Below are positions 59,894 through 64,000 of a stretch of 64,000 nt of DNA, piece after piece. The stretch spans positions 83,452,001 through 83,516,000 of the forward strand of contig CM060731.1 in the NCBI GenBank assembly GCA_030704615.1, given 5' to 3'. The notes beneath the pieces are model-generated. The model had not been told where the DNA came from. It searched no databases and worked only from the letters and a program-made list of their open reading frames with translations. The position numbers were made by a program, and so were the translations under genes. The stretch comes from Takakia lepidozioides. Lineage: Eukaryota > Plantae > Bryophyta. Position 1 is the stretch's first letter; each line of letters begins with the position of its first letter.

Positions 59894-61453
59894 TACAAGT
59901 GAGCACATAGATGTATTCCATGGAGATAAACAAAACTGTTCATCCGGTGTTTTCACGGTGGATGTATCACATGGAGCGTTACATGAAAGATCTTAAGGGA
60001 TACGTTAGGAATTACGCAAAGCCAGAAGGGAGTACGGCTGTAGGGTATGTTCTGGATGAGGCCATGGGGTTCATGACTGAGTATATGCAATCATTTGATG
60101 CAACTCAATGGGGGAAAGGTGTTGGCAAAAAGCGGGACATGACTGAAGCTAGGAGAGATGCAGCACAAATTTCGTATGTGCTGAACAATACCAATGTCAT
60201 GGCTCCTTGGGTGCAGTGAGTACTTCTTTTCATTGCACCTTATTCATATCAAGTTCAATTTCAATTCTAACTGTCACCAGTGTAATCAAACCACCCACAA
60301 AGTCACAAATGTCAGTGGTTCATCCTAATTATAACCAATGTTGTAGTAACGGAATGTCTGAGTGAGTGACTTGTTGGAAGAGCATGTTCATTTACAAGTC
60401 ATTCTGCTCACTCCTCCAGTGGTTTGAAACAGTGGTTTTCAAAGTATCATTCATGCTAGGTATTTTTTGCTAAGTAATGCAATACTTCATTGCTAACATG
60501 TGTGATTCTTGTTGCCATTTTGTGACAAAAAGTATGCAACAGAGAAGGCACAGTTCACAGCAGACAAAGAGGCATGTGGTGACGAGTGGCATGCCAATCG
60601 ACGTCTACCTTATCAGATCAGCCAATACCTAGGTCATTAGATGGTCCCACGGCTCTAAATAAAGAAGACCTGGCTATGTTGGCTACCATTCAAGCGGCAT
60701 TTGTGCAACCAACCGCTATTCCAGTTGAGCAAAGTGATTCAGAGGGTGACAAATATGTTTCAGATTCAGAATAAAGTTTAATGTTGGACCATTTGTTCAA
60801 TAGCATCATCCCACAATGGTCTGGCCACTTGTCTGTTTTTCAAAGTTTGTCACAGTTGCACAAACCACTTAAAGTTTTTCATGTATCACCCAAAAAGTGG
60901 TACCAACCACTGTTGTGTAGGCAACCACTCATGAGCAACCACTAGAATAGTGGTTTCAATTACTGCAGTATCTTTCACCACCCACTCTCCACCACTGTCA
61001 AAGTGGTACAAATCAATGAGGTGTCTTTAACCACTCAAGATCAACGTGCACTGTCCCCGTCCACGTGGAATATTATATTTATGAATTAAAATATATTTCC
61101 AAATCATAAATCACAAATAAAATTTGAATTATTACACGTGGAGTAGCAAGTGGTTTCAACCACTTCCCATCACTGAGGTATCTGTAACCACTCACAATTT
61201 ACCACTGCACTCGTCCACGTGGAATATTATATTTATTAATTAAAATGTATTGCCAAATAAATAATAATAAATAAAAACAAATTATTACACGTGGACTACT
61301 GAGTGATTGAAACCACTTCCAACCATTGTCTGTGATGCCACCGTAGCATTTCATTGGGATTAACCACTGGCAAGTGGTTACTAATGGTTTATAGAGTGGA
61401 AGAGACAGTAGTGGTTAAAGGGCCAGTGGTTATTCCGCATTTTTCTTCTAGTG
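59894..61453 (+). mobile_element. CACTA transposon 3' part with a TnpD (DUF4218-type) fragment
   Basis: RWMYHMERYMKDLKGYVRNYAKPEGS (59950-60100). Many AACCACT subterminal motifs. Terminus ..TTTTCTTCTAGTG (CACTAG). Confidence 0.85.
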
Positions 61454-64000
61454 TTTGCTGCAACTCAAGGATGTACATGTCCTTCTGAGCCTCAACCTGA
61501 TTGTACTGTTGAAAGGTATCCTCATTGCGACGGATAGTAGCCTTCAAGTCAGCAATGAGTTTTGCCTGCTCCATTGACTCAGCTTCTACCATCAAACATC
61601 TGTCAGCTTGATTCTTAACTTCTAATGCAGTCAGCTCCGGAGTAGTTGTTAATGTGGCACTTTGGATGGTCATTTTCTGATGAACTGCCTCCAACTCTGT
61701 ATGTAACAACTTCACTTCCTGCAATTTGCTCTCATGCTTCACTTGCAATTGGTATAACTGTTGCTTGTGTACTTCATGCAACTTCTCCTGCTTCAGACCT
61801 GGTTCAATCAGATTTTCCTCGCAAGCTGTAGAGCAGATTAAGTGTCCTCCAACTCTCTCTGCAACTTAAGGTTGGCCTCCACATCCACCTTATTTGCACA
61901 CTCAGTGGCAATTCGTGCTTCAAACTCTTGCTTGAGCTCCTCGCTCAATGCTGCCAATTGTGTGGAAGGAACATGAGATTTCACATAGGTGCCCAACAAA
62001 TTAAGTGTCCTGCTTATGGAACTCATAAGCACTGCTGTGGGTCTTCATGGAGAACTTGTTGCCGGTCCTCCTGATTCTCCACAGTGTGATGTTTCACCAA
62101 CCATTTAGGTCATGATCCCATAAGATCTTCTTCCTGAGCAACCTCATCCTCCACAGGTGCTGTAGTGCCTTTGCACTCTACCCCTTGAACCTCCTCCACA
62201 GGTTTGGGCATGACTGGCACAGCTGGGATTTCCTTGGTCAGACTCTTCATCTTTGGTACTACTGATTCTCCGACCATGCCAGAGTTTTCATAGAGAAGGT
62301 CACCCTTCTCAATTTCTGCCACTACCTGCTCTGTAGTGGGGATGTCCAACCCTTCTCCCTCCACAACAAGAGGCTCTAGTGTGACAGCATATACATTCTG
62401 AGTTACCAGTGGGGCAACTGAGTCAACTGGCTGTGGTGGCTGCGGTACTGAGGTAACTTCTTTCTCCCTCTCCAAAGGCCGTGTTTCCAGCAACAACAGC
62501 CCCCTGTGCTGCTGCTCCCCATCCTGCACAAGAGCTATGGAAACATCATCTTGTGGTTTCCTTGTAGCTAGTGGATCTGCCACCACAGTTGCATCCCGCT
62601 TCTGTCTCTTGGACTAGTGCTGCCCCTCCAATCCCCCTTCGCCTTGTGAAGAGCCCTGCTCCTCAACTACAATTGTGGCTGTCTCAAACACTCCCATCTC
62701 CTTGCGTTCTCGCGCATCAAGCAAACAAGAGTCAAAGATAATTTGCGTAATTATTGGGCCAGACACAATGATCGGGGACTTAGCAATAGTATTTTGTAAC
62801 CACTTCATCTCCTCCACCAGACCATTGTACAGCATCTCCGCCCAAGCTACATCTCAAGGCTTTCAGTACCTCCTCCGTGAAAGATCTACTAAGGTACTGT
62901 TGATTCTGTTTCATGGCAAACAGAATGTTCAGTATTTGGCCAACTTCCCTTAATCCTGGGTACTTGGCCTTGGTGCAGGTGTATCCCTGGATCCTAAAGA
63001 AACTCGTTTCTTGGAACAAATCCCCTATTTGCAATCTTGCCCTGTGCTCATCCACATTCACCTGACTAGATGGCAATTCGAACAGTTGTTGCAAGTACTG
63101 GGAAGTAATCTCTATATGCACTCCCTTCACCTGAGTAATTCCTGTCCGGGGCTCAAAGTTCTGAATAAATTGGATCATCAATCCCCGATGATGCAATGAC
63201 CACTTTTTGCGTAGCAGCCCTTCCAATCGCAACTCCTTCAGCAGCTACACTGCCTGTGGTGTAGCAATTGTCTGCTTCTGTAGAATCGTGGTGCTCTTCA
63301 CCCTGAGATCCTCCATTCCCCTAATTCTCTTCATCCCAGACAAACAAGAAGGCCTTGTTTGGAATAGTTGTAGGAAAGCTTGCAAGGCGTAAAGCATGAA
63401 AGTATGGTTGGCACATAATGGAACGGGTAAGTGAGTGTAAGCCTGTGGGGCTTGCAAATAGTGAGTGAGAGAGAATGTACTTTCACCCCGTCCGTCCTTG
63501 CGCCACTGCGTAAGAAGTAAAGCTAGCGTATAGTCTGTGATATCCGCCATAGCTACAAAGCTATAGCTTTGATTGCCCCTCCCGTCGAGACGCTGGTTAT
63601 TTGGAGCAACCCCTACTCTTCCGCTCATAACTTTTTTCATTTCTTGTTCTTGTTTCTTGGAGGGAACCACTTGCATGAAATTCATGTTTTGTTGCCTCAT
63701 CGGGTAACTTCCCAATTTTACCCCCATCTGTTCACATTCCCACTTGGAATGCCCACTAGGACAGCACATGTGGCAAAGGTCCCCCTTTGCTGTACGCGTA
63801 AAGGGTTCCGTTACCTGCCCCCTGGATGCATTAATGGTCCCGTAATTAGTTTCGGCTGATGTACCGGGTAGGTACTTTGACGACCCTGTTTGTCTTCTTG
63901 CATGATGGCGCCCGCTATCGCAGTTCATGCAATGCGGAGTGCTTTGCCCCTTAGGCCACGTGTTTGGATTCAAACACTCTCCCGTCTCCCTCTGTCCGCG
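61454..64000 (-). pseudogene. Diverged, frameshifted homolog of the 22791-25313 extra ORF, preceded in frame by a Gag-type zinc knuckle
   Basis: DYTLALLLTQW, RVKSTTILQKQTIATPQAV and AMKQNQQYLSRSFTEE are shared. CHMCCPSGHSKWEC = CX2CX4HX4C. Confidence 0.8.

Overview
Eukaryotic, almost entirely transposon-derived region. It is most likely from a non-seed land plant, judging from the PLS-type PPR fragments and the Ty3, CACTA, MULE and Penelope-like elements. I see no intact host gene. Contents in order: an LTR fragment (1-555); a two-ORF Penelope-like retroelement (556-12739, minus) split by a Mutator-like element (MULE copy A, 2325-10373, 9-bp TSD); a truncated Ty3 element (~12738-20369) interrupted by an apparently pol-less LTR element with extra ORFs (20370-25433); an assembly gap; PPR pseudogene fragments and a ~445-bp tandem repeat; a complete, very young Ty3 element (29673-40908, TSD GTTG); CACTA remnants; a 12.6-kb MULE copy B (41450-54069, 8-bp TSD); a tandem PPR pseudo-array; a CACTA end; and a second extra-ORF LTR element. 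Two things stand out. (1) MULE copy B carries, divergently from its transposase, a spliced gene with a ParB/Srx-like DGNHR domain fused to a beta-class N6A/N4C DNA methyltransferase-like domain, and its non-coding parts are filled with 18-30-bp GGCGCC-centred palindromes; this may be a transposon-encoded site-targeted epigenetic or anti-silencing system. (2) The complete Ty3 element has asymmetric LTRs: the 5' LTR lacks its CA end, and a palindromic CA-TA-TG junction sits right after the PPT. This suggests that the cDNA ends are joined and then re-cut for integration.
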